From Octopus vulgaris (taxonomy: Eukaryota), in the NCBI GenBank assembly GCA_951406725.2, contig OX597826.1, positions 15,252,001 to 15,316,000 on the forward strand: a stretch of 64,000 nucleotides of DNA. Reading direction: 5' to 3'. The translations under genes were made by a program, and so were the position numbers. The notes under the pieces are model-generated. The model searched no databases. It saw only the letters and a list, made by a program, of their open reading frames with translations, and had not been told where the DNA came from. Shown piece by piece: positions 26,940-41,639 of this stretch (the stretch's first letter is position 1; each line of letters opens with the position of its first letter).

Positions 26940-28260
26940 TCCTCTCAGGTCATTTGTGCTCTTTAATTGATGTACACTAACATTCCAGACATAGTGAAGC
27001 ATGCTAATCTCATTTCTTTCGAGGAACAGCGCATCTTACACACTCACTGCTCGTTCTTTGCTACTATGCAGAACTGTACTTTGCACTTTGTACAAATGTA
27101 TCATATGATGTAGCTTTCACTTAAAGAAAGACTCCATTAGTTGTCAGGAGAGGTAATATCTCCTTGAGGTTTTCCCCTAATTTTTACTCCATATACTATA
27201 CTTTTAAGCACCTTCTGTTCACTGTTAATTTGGCTGTATAGGTAACTTAAGTTATCTACTACATATAAAGAGCCTTCTAGGCATTTGATTTATTTACGAG
27301 GGCTCTGATTCCTCACTGTTCTTACCCATCTGTCACATACATAGCCTTATTCACTGTCAGCCTACAAGTGACACTAGTACACCACTTGTACACCATAGTT
27401 AACATTAGATACGCCCTATAGAGTTCTTACGTACTCCTTTTCTGCACATCTTATTTTCAGTTATTTTCCCAGTGGAAGCAAGGACCCTATCTTGTCTCCT
27501 ACATGCTGAGACTTTTGGTTTTGTCAAGTTCACTCTGAGGTTTCTTTCTTCTATATCACTTTTCTGATGCTTATTTAAATTACACATTCATCAGAGGAAG
27601 CTTGCTTCTTTTCTCTTTGATTTTTGCTCATCCACTACAATCAATGCCCAGTCTCAATACGAACACAAGCAATGTCCAATCTCCCTTACACTTTAAAAGA
27701 AACTATTTTTGTTGCCAGCAGATATAATTGCTCCCTGAACTTTTACAGCCCTCTTCTTACTCTCGCTACTACACTTTCTGAACACCTTCTTTCAAGCAAT
27801 CAGCTGTGCATTTACTACATGCAAAGTACTTTTTTAGCCCCTGTAATCTCTTTGCATCTCATTTGTTTCTATAACTTACATTGGGTATTGAATATGGCTT
27901 CCTGCCTACTTCTCATCTATGTAAGTTTGAACATTTCACAAATGGCCGTATAATCTTGTCTCTTGTTTCCAAGTAACTAAAACTTTTGTCTTTGTTAGGT
28001 TTACTTTAAGACCCCTTGATTCTAGGTTTTGATTCCATGTATCTGAAATGATTTCCTTGACAGATTCAGTTTTGAGAATCAAGCCATCAGCATACAGAAC
28101 AAACAACTGGTCTTAACCTCTCCTGCAAATGACGTGTGATTATGCCGTTATGTTGATGGATGACAATATGGTATTGTATACCTAACAAAGGATGTTTTCT
28201 TCAGTCATATCTAAGAAGGCAATGTACATTTATCGTGAGGTATCAGTGTTACAAGTGGGT
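26940..28260 (-). mobile_element. RTE-clade LINE relics (RT domain and downstream), rearranged
   Basis: Minus-strand motifs YIAFLDM (about 28210), VLYADG (about 28085-28100), WNQNLESRGLKVNLTKTKVL (about 27990-28040), and a second LRVNLTKPKV..CRKGVRKNSI (27405-27587). Confidence 0.75.
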
Positions 28261-28435
28261 GACAACCTCTTTTGTTGATGAGAAATTTTAAGCAAAGTAC
28301 AAACAATTAAATGGCAGAACTAAGTCGTGAGTTCACTGCTTTGTGATTTTCTTTATTTGTACTGGAAATATTATCTGCTGAAATAGTGTCTACATAAAGA
28401 TTTACCTGTCATATTTTTGTAATTACTCATAATAT

Positions 28436-29636
28436 ATACAAGAGAGGGCAATCAAACTTAAATTATAAGAACTATATTTTACCTATCTAACACACGGATC
28501 AGATTGTAAAATGACCTCCTCTTGCTTTGCTCATGGACTGCAAACGTGTGGTCACTGAACTGTAACAGTCCCGCATCACTTTTTCGTCAATTTTACTCCA
28601 CATAAGTAAGAAGGGCTTTTTTCAGATACGCCACTCTTGGGTATGAGACAGCTGAGATATTAGTCTCTAAGAGAGACCAAACGGAAAACTACATAGGCTG
28701 GATGTCTGTCTGGGCGTGAGAGACGCCAAAAGTTCTTATCTGCAAAACAGCAAAAATGCTATTTGCAGCACTTTTGCGTAAAATTCGAGGTGTGGGCTGG
28801 GCCACCATCCTGAGTGAAGATATACCTGTTTCTAAATGTTTCATTTAACCAAGGTACTACGTTCTCTCTCAACATTTTGATGAAAACTGTGCTATTCACA
28901 TTAACACTCTCGTAAATAAAGATGAAAGAAGACTTGATCCATAAGATGCTTCGGCATCCCACACCATAACCCCATCTCGTTTTTGACGACGAAATTGAAT
29001 TTGGTTCTTTTCCGGCAAATCTTACGCATCGCTATCGTAACAACCTCTAAAGTGAAGATCTTCTCGTCAATCTAAATGAAGATTTTGTGGGGCCCTTCCT
29101 CTCCGCTAACATCACTTTCCCATGTCGAGCCGTTTCTTCTTTGAAACTGCTGAAATTACTTTCCGGCTCGATTACTTTTTGTATGCCTTTAGCCTAAAAT
29201 CTTCTTCAGCAATCCTGTGCACTGAAGATTTTGAAATATTAAGCACTTTTCCTATTTTTTTGCATGCATCGACGCGGATTCTAGTGAACTCCTTTTCTCA
29301 CAGTATCAATCACAAGTTTGATGCGAACAGTTCTTTTACGCCCTGGAATTTGCTTGTTTGATGTCATGCCAGATTAACTGTAACGTTTCCAGGCAATTAT
29401 ACACCGCCTTACAATAATCATTGAGTTGTTTTGCAACATCTTCGTTAGATTTTCCTGCTGAGTTTAATGCAACAATTTTATCACGTTTAACTGACAAAAT
29501 TATTATAGTGACACAAAGCTATAGGCGCTTAAAGCTTATCACTTAATTAATGTGCAAAATCAAAAATATAACTGCTTTATCCAACAATTTTCAAGAAATT
29601 CTTAATCATCGATAAATTTTTCTGGGACACTCAGTA
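28436..29636 (-). mobile_element. Tc1/mariner DNA transposon relic (~1.2 kb)
   Basis: VNSTVFIKMLRENVVPWL..YIFTQDGGPAHTS..TQ (DDD/E catalytic region) and a decayed SPD/VWS region. The right terminus reverse-complements to TACTGAGTGTCCCAGAAA (Tc1-type TIR). The left TIR is degraded. Confidence 0.85.
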
Positions 29637-30490
29637 TTTTACCTTATATTGCTCAATTGATGTGTGACGTTGCAGTCATCTTTGTCAGACGTATCCACAA
29701 TGAATAGAAATCATATCCATCTAACAATGAACAAGAAATACGGTGTCTTGGTATTCAGTGGAAATCTACAATAAGAGAAACCACAAGAGGTGGAGAAACG
29801 TCTGCGAATTCTCTCGATGTCAATGCAGTTGTATAATGTTGCCGTTGTTTTGCACCTGGTCGACTCTATCTTTGTAAACCAAAATATTCCAGACTTAACA
29901 CCGTATTTAGAATGTGATTTAAGAGAGACATGCCTGTTATATTTAGCAGATCGAATAATCATGCAAAAACTACCACTTTGGCTCGAAATAAGCGAAGCCT
30001 AAAAACTAGAAATTTAATTGATAATATCTTTCTTCTTTAATGCATCTGAATTATTATGCGCTACTTCCATGCTTTCGGAAGCTTGTTACTCTTAAGTAAC
30101 CTTTGAAATATCATCTGGATTAGTTTTGGAAAAGTTCTTCGAACATGCGTTTAGGAAACCTGAGTTGATGTCGACATAAAGAAAATAAAACAAATGGATA
30201 GAACTATTTCATGTCTATCTATTTTCATTTTATTTACTTTTACACTGACCTTTAACTTTTAGTTATACGTTATTTCAGTTTTTTTTTTATATTCATTACT
30301 TATGAAATCTTGTTACTTTCTCACACCAGTGAGGTTTACGTCACAGAGGGAAAATTGATTTTTATACAGAAACGCAGAAGATTCACACATACGCACATAT
30401 AGACACACATATATGAATGCATTTATCTATGCATATATATATAAATATATATATACATACATACATATATATAGGTATATATATATATAT

Positions 30491-30554
<64 letters not shown>

Positions 30555-31485
30555 TGTACGTATCTACACAAGAAATGCATAGATATAGTACTGCACACAC
30601 CCAGACACGTGTGTGTATAGTATTTGAACAGTATATATTTATATGTTCGTGCCTTCTCATGTATATGCATTTACTCCTAAAAATGTATTCGTCTATTTGT
30701 ATATCTATCTATCTTCGTCTCTCTCAAGGCATACAAACAAAACATATATCTGGAGAGTACATTTGCAACTAGAGTGTTTGTTCATATTGATTATTATTAA
30801 TATTGATTAGTATTAATTCTAACAGTACCGAAGCTGAAAGCGATACAACTAGAGCGTGATTACAGAGATGCGTACAACTCAAGGGGGTTATGACACTAAA
30901 ATTGTTTCAGATGTAGGCTAGAAATATCGTCTGACATGTAGTTAAGTTATAGAAACACATAAAAATATCTATAGATATTTACACAAAAAGACTCACTCAT
31001 ACCATACACATGTAGAGCTACACACACACACACACATGCAGATACAAGACACATACATATTAATATACATATACACGCGTTGTATTGAAACTGTGTTCCA
31101 ACAAGTAATTTCGATTTTTTAAGTTAACATATTTTCAGAAATCTTGCTCTCCCTTAATTTTGATATTTACATTTTTTATCCTAAGCGATCATTTCATGTT
31201 TTTCCGTTCAACTTCGTATCCAGTCTGATGACCGGGAACGTGAGATTCGAAAAACTAAATGTGAAGTGCCGCTACAATATCGATAAACACTCCTTGAATA
31301 CTGCTTTGAAGTGGTGGATGCGTCTATGTATATTACACACACACACACAAACACATGCGCGCGCACTTTGGGGTTCAACTGCCGCTGAGATCAATTTTAT
31401 ATTTCGTGTTTTCGGGATCGTTAAAGCAACGTACAATCCAAGTATTGGGGTTGAAACAATAAACTAATCCCCACCTAAAAATGTT

Positions 31486-31585
31486 NNNNNNNNNNNNNNN
31501 NNNNNNNNNNNNNNNNNNNNNNNNNNNNNNNNNNNNNNNNNNNNNNNNNNNNNNNNNNNNNNNNNNNNNNNNNNNNNNNNNNNNN
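31486..31585. other. 100-N assembly gap
   Basis: Run of exactly 100 N, with taaaaatgtt on both sides. Confidence 0.99.
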
Positions 31586-31679
31586 TAAAAATGTTCAGGC
31601 TGTGTGCAAAAATTTGAAGACATTAGCAGACAGAATTGTTAGAATGGCAGACTAAGTGCATAGAAGCATTTCGTACGTC

Positions 31680-31780
31680 TTTATCTTTCGGGATCCTTTC
31701 GGGATCGATGAGATAAGTACCATCTGAACACTAGGATCAATGTAATGAGCTAGTGCCCACCTCCAAAATTCGGGCTCTAT
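31680..31780 (-). mobile_element. SINE family A central fragment (orientation of the remnant uncertain)
   Basis: atcctttcgggatcgatgagataagtacca...ggatcaatgtaat matches the family A central domain. Confidence 0.5.
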
Positions 31781-31961
31781 AATTGTTATATCACATACGC
31801 ACAACAAATTAAACTGTTGGAAGAGAAAAAAACATCCTAACATCGGGTTACAAGTAACCTTAGATGCCAAGAAGCGTCCTAAGTAATCTAGCAGTTCGTA
31901 ATAACGCTTATCATCATCATCATCATCAACATCATCATCATCATAATCATCATTATTGTTA

Positions 31962-33589
<1,628 letters not shown>

Positions 33590-33644
<55 letters not shown>

Positions 33645-33684
33645 ATTATTATTAATATTATTATTATTATTATTATTATTGTTG

Positions 33685-33725
<41 letters not shown>

Positions 33726-33756
33726 ATTATTATCATTATTATTATTATTGTTGTTG

Positions 33757-33835
<79 letters not shown>
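33590..33835. repeat. (ATT)n microsatellite
   Basis: Direct reading. Confidence 0.97.
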
Positions 33836-33836
<1 letters not shown>

Positions 33837-34059
33837 TTCGCTGTAACTATTGATATCTATTTCACAGACATGATCTTAAGTTAAGCTACCATGTACCACT
33901 AACCTGAAGCTGACAATATGGTAGACACTCACTTTCGAAAACAGAACGCATGTGCTCATGAGAAACAGGAACAGACTTATATGAATTATGCATTATAGCG
34001 CAGAAACAATAATTTATAAACCAATGTGACGCATAAAGGATCGAAAAGGACATACAGAA

Positions 34060-34250
34060 AAGGTTATGTTCCAGAACTACATGTATACAGTTAGACCAAA
34101 AGAAATTAAGTATAATAGGCATAATCTAGCAATTAAGTGAAAGGGCATCCAATAAATATATTAAATGGAAGATTATTGAGTCATCAAAGCCTTACAAACA
34201 TGGAAGGAAAAGACATTGTCTTTGTATTGCAGAGAAAATGCTTAGTTCTA
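34060..34250 (+). pseudogene. PLE GIY-YIG endonuclease C-terminal relic
   Basis: From 34160: IKWKIIESSKPYKHGRKRHCLCIAEK, homologous to LKWEIVRRAKPYRNNRVGCQLCSME at 23090-23165(-). Confidence 0.7.
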
Positions 34251-34803
34251 AAAATCCTCAAGGTAATGACCTTTAGTTTTTTAATACTTTGTCAGAATCA
34301 GAATTGTTAGGGAGGTGAAAATATTTTATGACGCACTCAGCCATATCAAATTTACCAGATTAATTTAACCAAACTTTTCTTTTTTTTCTTTCTTTACTTG
34401 ACCGTCCTCTGCTATTTTTGATATTTGCATTCTTCACAGATTTTGTTGTTAACTTTTGATATTTCTTTTCGTTATTTGCGATCTACTTTTGTCTAGTTTT
34501 TACAATAATCCTTGAATTTTCATTGTACTGCCTAGGAACGAGGAATTCGATTCTACCATCTAAAAATTATTGCATTCAGACAGAATCGTAAATGATTTTT
34601 ATAATAAAATTTTTCTTTGACAATGTAATACAAAGCAAAGTGGTTTGCTATATGGTTAGTGATAAGTGAACTTCAAGTAACATCGGTGGAAAATTTGAAA
34701 TTGCATCACTATATACGCGCATCAAAATGTTAACAGACAAGTGTACCCGTGCTCTAGCGCATATATATTGGTAGATGCATGCTTTATGTGTGATTGCGTC
34801 TTG

Positions 34804-34935
34804 TTAGAAAGACATACCAACTAAGCTTTCTCTTTTAAATGTGGGGAGCTTTACACGAGGGCCACTGTGATGGCAAATAGTTTGGTTGGTCATCTCATTT
34901 GTAATATGGTCTAAGTAAGAGACGCCTAAAACGTT
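34804..34935 (-). mobile_element. RTE (BovB-like) ORF C-terminal fragment
   Basis: VLGVSYLDHITNE...HHSGP...KR..L matches the post-RT motif L.ISY.DH.TNE of RTE LINEs. Confidence 0.6.
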
Positions 34936-35135
34936 AGAGTTAGGCCTAATTTCCAGTGTCTTTATACACACACACCCACCCATGTACAAACGCACACGCA
35001 CAAACGTACATACAAATTTGTATATATTGCTGCCCCACGTGCATTTTCGATTTTCTGTATCCCACTTTTAACCCACTATTTATTCGATATTATTCATAGC
35101 TTTATCTAGTTCCACATTCACCATTCTCCAAAAGA

Positions 35136-35187
<52 letters not shown>

Positions 35188-35343
35188 TCTCACCAAGCCA
35201 TATTTTAAGTTTACGTAATGTATCTACTTACTGGATCATGAAATATCCATTCATATGGATTAGACAGCATTGCCAAATTTCGTGCCTGAAAAATAAAGAA
35301 AAACAGAAACAAATAATATTGATAAAATGATAATAAAAGTAGC

Positions 35344-35478
<135 letters not shown>

Positions 35479-35925
35479 AACAACAATAATGATAGTAATG
35501 ATCATGATAAAAATCATCAAATATATTTAAACTAAGATCAATAAAGAGAAAAATACGTAAGAGAAAAGGAGCAAACGGCAGTTAAATTACGATAATGTAA
35601 AAATAAGCAAATAAAACAATAACAAAAAAAACCCCCAGCTTATAATCAAATAATCAAATCACCAAAATATGGGTACAAAAAGTAAACATCTACAAAATTA
35701 TTCAGATTATGTCTATGGTTGTTGACGTTTTCCTTCTCATTGTCGCCATTTTTGTTCTAAATGTGAAAGAAAGTCTTTTGGAATCTATTATCAAATATTC
35801 AGTCATACTTTTATGTGTATGCATAAGCACACGATTATAATGGTCGAGTGTTACGCATAAGCACAAACATACACGTACACGTGCATTTCCACTTATGTAC
35901 ACAAAATCTATTTATATGTGCATAT

Positions 35926-35984
<59 letters not shown>

Positions 35985-36635
35985 AGATATATTTGTACAT
36001 ATATATTATTTAAATATATATATATATGTATGTATATATACAGATATGCATGTATATATTATATAATATATATAATTGTGTATATAATGCATGCGCGCTT
36101 ACACTTACATACACATACACATGTATATATGGAGTGAAAGAGAAAGAAAGAGAGAGAAAGAATGTCTTGATAGATACAAATCCACATCATACTCTTGGCA
36201 TACACAAACACAAATTATATGGGAAAATACATGTATATGTGTGTATTCTACACAACATTTGAACATCTGTAATTTGTAAAGAAATAAAAACTAAATATGT
36301 TACATAGATATATGAATGCGTTTATAGTATATATATATGTATATAAAGAATCAGGCAACGAGTTAAATTAATGTGTAGAAAAAAAGCCCAAAGTATAAAT
36401 AAAAAGTGAATCCGGTCTATAGAATATTCAAAAACAAGAGCTCATCCATGTAGCTAATATCTGATATTACATTTTTATTCCTAGAAATATTTTACCAATA
36501 TAACTTTGAGAGAGAAATGAGAATGGAATATAAAAATATAAACATACGAAAACATGTATGTATGGATGGATGCATGTATATCCGCTATGCCTGTATATGT
36601 CTGTGCAAACACACACACACACACACACACGCACG

Positions 36636-36667
<32 letters not shown>

Positions 36668-37656
36668 CAAGCACACATCACACAAACAAACGAAGAGAAA
36701 AAAATAAAACAAGTTAGCAGCGCTATGCTATGAAAGGCAAAGAAAGCCAAAACTAAAAGAAATATGAAAAATATTACAAATACAACAATGCGTGGACTGT
36801 TATCCTAAATTTTAAAAAGTTTAATGGAAAGTTCTGTAAATAGCATAGAGATTGTTTCAGGGTAGATGTTTCGAGAAAATCGAAGCTGTATAAAGGAAAC
36901 GAGCAAATAAATGCAAACGCACACACATACCCAAACCCACCCTCATACATACCTCTTGTACACATATGCACACACAGAAATGCACTCACACGTACGTACA
37001 TGCATGCATGCTGAAAAGATATATTTAAAAGATATAAAAAATAAGCCAAAACTATAAGGCAAAATTTCAGTGAAAGCAAGAAAATATTAAAGTGAAAACA
37101 TCATAACATCCACAAGAGAACTCTAAAATGTTTTTCTCATTTATTTTTCTTTTGATGCTTTCTAGAATGAAACAAAAATGCAAAACATGAAGATGGTGCA
37201 ATATCTAGGAATGATGAAATGTATTGCGTGAGAGAGGGAGACAACAAGGCGTGGCTGTGAGAATAAGATGGGAGAGAGAAAACGGAACAAAACAGTATGG
37301 TAGGCTTGAGAGTGTAAAACATAAAGCGAATTCTATAGACACTGGACAAAGTGGAAGAGAAAGAGAACGGAAGAGAAAAAGATGGAAAAAGAGGGAGATG
37401 AGAACAGAAAGTTTGGAACAGTAAAACGTAAAGTGAAAAATGTTAACAGGGAGGAGATAAAAGAAGGAGAAGCATAAAAAGAAGATATGAGGGGAGAGGG
37501 TAAGAGTGTGGGAGCGCGACATAATACATAATACACACACACACATACACACATATACATACCCATAGATATACATACATTAAATGTAGCTGCACATGCA
37601 CTGATGGCGATTTTCCCCTCTTTCTTTGTTTTCTTTTGGACTTTCCTATTTCTTCT

Positions 37657-37691
37657 GTTCCCGAAGAAGAGCTTTGCTCGAAACGTAAAAC
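37657..37691 (+). ncRNA. Minimal type I hammerhead ribozyme motif within a PLE pLTR-like repeat (about 37580-37790)
   Basis: GUUC-CCGAAGA-A-GAGC-uuu-GCUC-GAAAC-GU-A-AAAC: 4-bp stem II, loop-less ACGU stem III, GUA triplet. Stem I has one mismatch and the core has U4 changed to C. Confidence 0.65.
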
Positions 37692-38549
37692 AACCACTCT
37701 TTCTTTCCTTATCTGAGCGTCTCCTTAATACTTTGCATGTACTACGTCTTCAAGTTGTTGCTTTTTACTTGTCTTTTTACTCCGTTTTTAATTACATATA
37801 CATACATACATACATACATACATACATACATACATACATACATACATACATACATACATACACACACACACATATATATATATGTATATATATATATACA
37901 TATATATATATGTGCGTGCGAGCGCATGTGTTTATAGTCATATGTATGTATACATACATACATTCATATATATATATATATGTGTCTGTGTGTGTGTGTG
38001 TGTGTGTGTGTTGGTGTGTGTGTGTACACATATTCAAATGTATGATGTATGTACGTATGCATTCAGTGTCCCCTAAAGGGTTGAATCGATGGAAAATTTA
38101 CTCTATATGCATTGTTCCCATCCAAAACTTATCATTTGGACAGATTAATAGTCCATATTTCTTCAATAATAATGTCACAGGAGGGACATAAAACCAAATC
38201 AAATGTTACAACCATTATTATCCAGTTTCCCATGCAATATAACATTTGCATTCCATGATTGTATAAACTTTCCGGAACAGAAAGGCAACTTCTACTTTCA
38301 GATTGAAATATCCTTCGGGAAATATTATGAAAATCATTTTGGACAGTTGTCAGGTGACGAAAATGGTCCATGTCGAACTAAAGCATTTCCAAACCACATT
38401 CCTCATTCCGTTTAGAGCATGAATGCAGCTAATTTGAGGCTTTCGGAGTTATTTACTTATCTAAACAATATTGTCAGACTTGTGTGGTAACAGAAAGCTC
38501 ATAAAATATTTTGCGTTGTTTGATAATCTCTCACTAATAATTCTGCTGC

Positions 38550-38585
<36 letters not shown>

Positions 38586-38939
38586 ACACCCACACATTTG
38601 TATAAGGGAAAATATGATAGCTTTTGATTATGCGTTAAGTTTAACAAGACCTATATATTTCATCGCAATGGGCCAACCTCAGAAGAAAAATAGTCTAGGA
38701 AAGTTCCATTAACCCATTCAAGTCCCTCAGCATTATTTCAGCAGAAGCAGTCACTCCCAAAATATCGGTGCAACCGACTAGCCAAGCGCCGGTGTGAAGA
38801 AACTTCCAACTGTTGTTGCAAGCAATTCACCATCCATCGGATGATGTAAGGGTGTTATATTAACAGCAGCAGCAGTCACTCTCCAGTTTTTACCCGCTAT
38901 TGGTGTAGGCCCTTAATCACGGACATCACAGAATCCCTA

Positions 38940-40320
38940 AACCAAGATGAGCGAGAGCTCCTCCACCTGGGGGTCCACATAAATCCTAACACAGAAACTC
39001 AATGACAAGTTGAAGCTTGACATCGAGGCCAACTTCCACAGGGTTCAAATGGGTCTCAAATACAGACTCAAATGGGCCTCCAGCCACGATGCTTCGAATG
39101 GCTCCACTACTGAGGACACTGGTCATTCCTTTCTACAAAACCCTCCCGTCTACCAACCTCATACCATGCTCCACCAACCCCACCAACCACTTTTTGGACT
39201 GCAAACTCCCTCTCCAGTAACAGTCCATTTTAACAATCCTGACCAAAAATCGCCAACACTTCCAACCGACCCCACCCAAGAGACTGATCACTATATTAAA
39301 AATATCTTACGGTGAATAAGCTACCATCAGTTATAGTCACCACACTTCGATTTCTTGGGCAACATGTAAAAACAGTGTCCAGGCCTGCCTGTGGGGTCCA
39401 ACCTCTCAAGCCTGTTCGCTATTGCTTAGACCGGTTGGAACGTAGGGCACTTAGTACCTGCGACTCATATGTCAGGCATCAGGACGATATTCTCATGCTC
39501 ACCCCATCCGAAGAGGAAGACTCCGTTATACTAGAGAATTTCAGAAAAGATGGACCAACATATTAGCTTTACGCTTGAACACCCATACAGTGATGGTTCC
39601 TTCATCTGGCTTGACTTTCGGTTAAGCAACACCGGCGAGGTAAAGATTGACAAGTGTTCTAGAGAAAATCAGCTTGCCGAGACCTTCTCGTCCATTATTA
39701 ATCAGCCCTCCCTATCAAGGCCAAAATGAACTACGTCCGGATAAATAAAAGATGCAATGATACACCCGCCTTGACGCACATGTTACTCAGTTCCTAAAGG
39801 TACTTGAGGCAAATGGATACCCAGAGTCCGTTAAACACCTTACGAGAACACAAACCACATAAACGTCGCCAGAGGGATCTATCTAAAACCTGCTTCTTGA
39901 AGATCTTTCACTCCAATGAGAAAGACTACCTCCGCCATCTACAAGGCTATCCGCAGGAAATAACTCGTCATTCTATTGGCCCATTCAGGACCGTCCCTAC
40001 GTAAACGCCTATCAACGAGGTGGTCTCGCGCAGTAGAACAGCCCTGTACACTTATGAACAGCCCAATTCGTAACACTAACATATGCCTACGTACGTACGT
40101 GCGTAGTATACCAATTACGATGTTCCAAATGCACAAGCGAATATATCGGTAGCATATTACGACCACTCCACGCACAAATTAAGGAGCATCTTCTTCCTGC
40201 AAACAGTTGACCAGATGTGGCAACACGATCAAGGAGACAAACGCTTCCATACTAGCCTCGGAGGGGAATACTGACAATCTACGTATAAAAGAGTCTTCTT
40301 TACAGCGGCAACAGCCCGGA
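38940..40320 (+). mobile_element. Penelope/Poseidon-type PLE relic (RT plus GIY-YIG), internally deleted and frameshifted
   Basis: YVRHQDDILML (RT YxDD region, about 39465-39500), ISFTLEHP..GSF.WLDF, and VVYQLRCSKCTSEYIGS..RPLHAQIKEH (40103-40190) followed by ILASE..NLRIKES. Confidence 0.85.
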
Positions 40321-41415
40321 TACTTATTGATCAGACCACGTATTTTATATTTCGATTTTAGATAAGCATGATTTGTATAGAAGCAGGATATCAAGATACT
40401 TAGATTGTTTGTTTTAGCCAATTAGCATGGCGTAGATCATGTCTACCAATGAAAATGAGAGAGAGTTAATTGTTTAGATTAGCTTCTTTAATCAGCCAAT
40501 TAACATTGAATTTTATACCCTGATTACAATATCTTTCCAGATGTTTCTAATGGAAAGAAATGCATCTCGTGAACAGTGCTTACGTCGAATGATCATAATT
40601 TCCTTAAGTTTCTCAAAGCTAGATCTATTATAAAACTCAGACTTATATTATTTAACATAGAAAGACGCATATTTGTATATAATTTTGTTATATACAAATG
40701 TTATTTTACGGCTTTTAAAATTATACTCCATATGCACAGTGGACGCAAAGATAGTCCCATCGCCATAACTAGCAAGTTCAATGACTTATGACAACACTTA
40801 AAGATAATAACTATGCATTTAGCTTAGATGTCAATTCCAGCTTCAACTCTTGCTATTCCTAGTATCAGTCCAGTGACGGATATCAATTTCTTTCGAACTC
40901 TACAGTTTCGGTATCACGTCCTTAGAAAACTAATAAATCTACATTTAGGTGACTCTACATACAAACAGCTTTCATGTTTATTCGTTAGATGAATGTTTAT
41001 CAAAGTCTAGCTATCGTATATTTGGACAAACTTGAATGCAGAGTACTTAACATCTATTACTCATGAGCATTCTATCCAGATATGTAGATAATGTCATCAA
41101 ACTCAATTCCTTTCGTGAAGCGTCAAACAGAATAAATGGTATATCAAATGACGCTGGTGACCATGTAATCTTGAAAATAGAAAGTGTTCAGTTTCAGACT
41201 CAAAGTCACGACCACGATTTTCACAACGTTAATATCCTTGTGAGATACATCATAAGAAGCAATCTGCAACCATTTAAATTAAAAGCGGAGTTATGAAAAC
41301 ATAAAATGCAATGAAGCATATTTTTCTTTTTCTAGAAATGATTTTACAAAAAGCAATGCCATAATAATCTGCTAATCCGAATAATTTTTCATGGTAATTT
41401 TATTTGGTCGATATT

Positions 41416-41639
41416 GTTGTTTGTTCCTTCTCGAGCCACGCCTGGCTCATAGGGCCGGTTTCCCGGTTTCCTTGGCGTATAGGACGCAGGTGAGAGAAAG
41501 TTGTGGCGAAAGAGTCAGCCGAAGTTCGCCATTACCTTCTGCCGGAGCCGCGTGGAGCTTAAGTGTTTCACTCATAAACACATACATCGCCCGGTCTGAG
41601 ATGCGAATCTGCTCTAACCACTAGGCCACGTGCCTCCAC
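41416..41639 (-). mobile_element. tRNA-derived SINE family C with 14-bp TSD
   Basis: Head (reverse complement) GTGGAGGCACGTGGCCTAGTGGTTAGAGC. TSD atttggtcg(a/g)tatt at 41402-41415 and 41640-41653. Confidence 0.85.
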
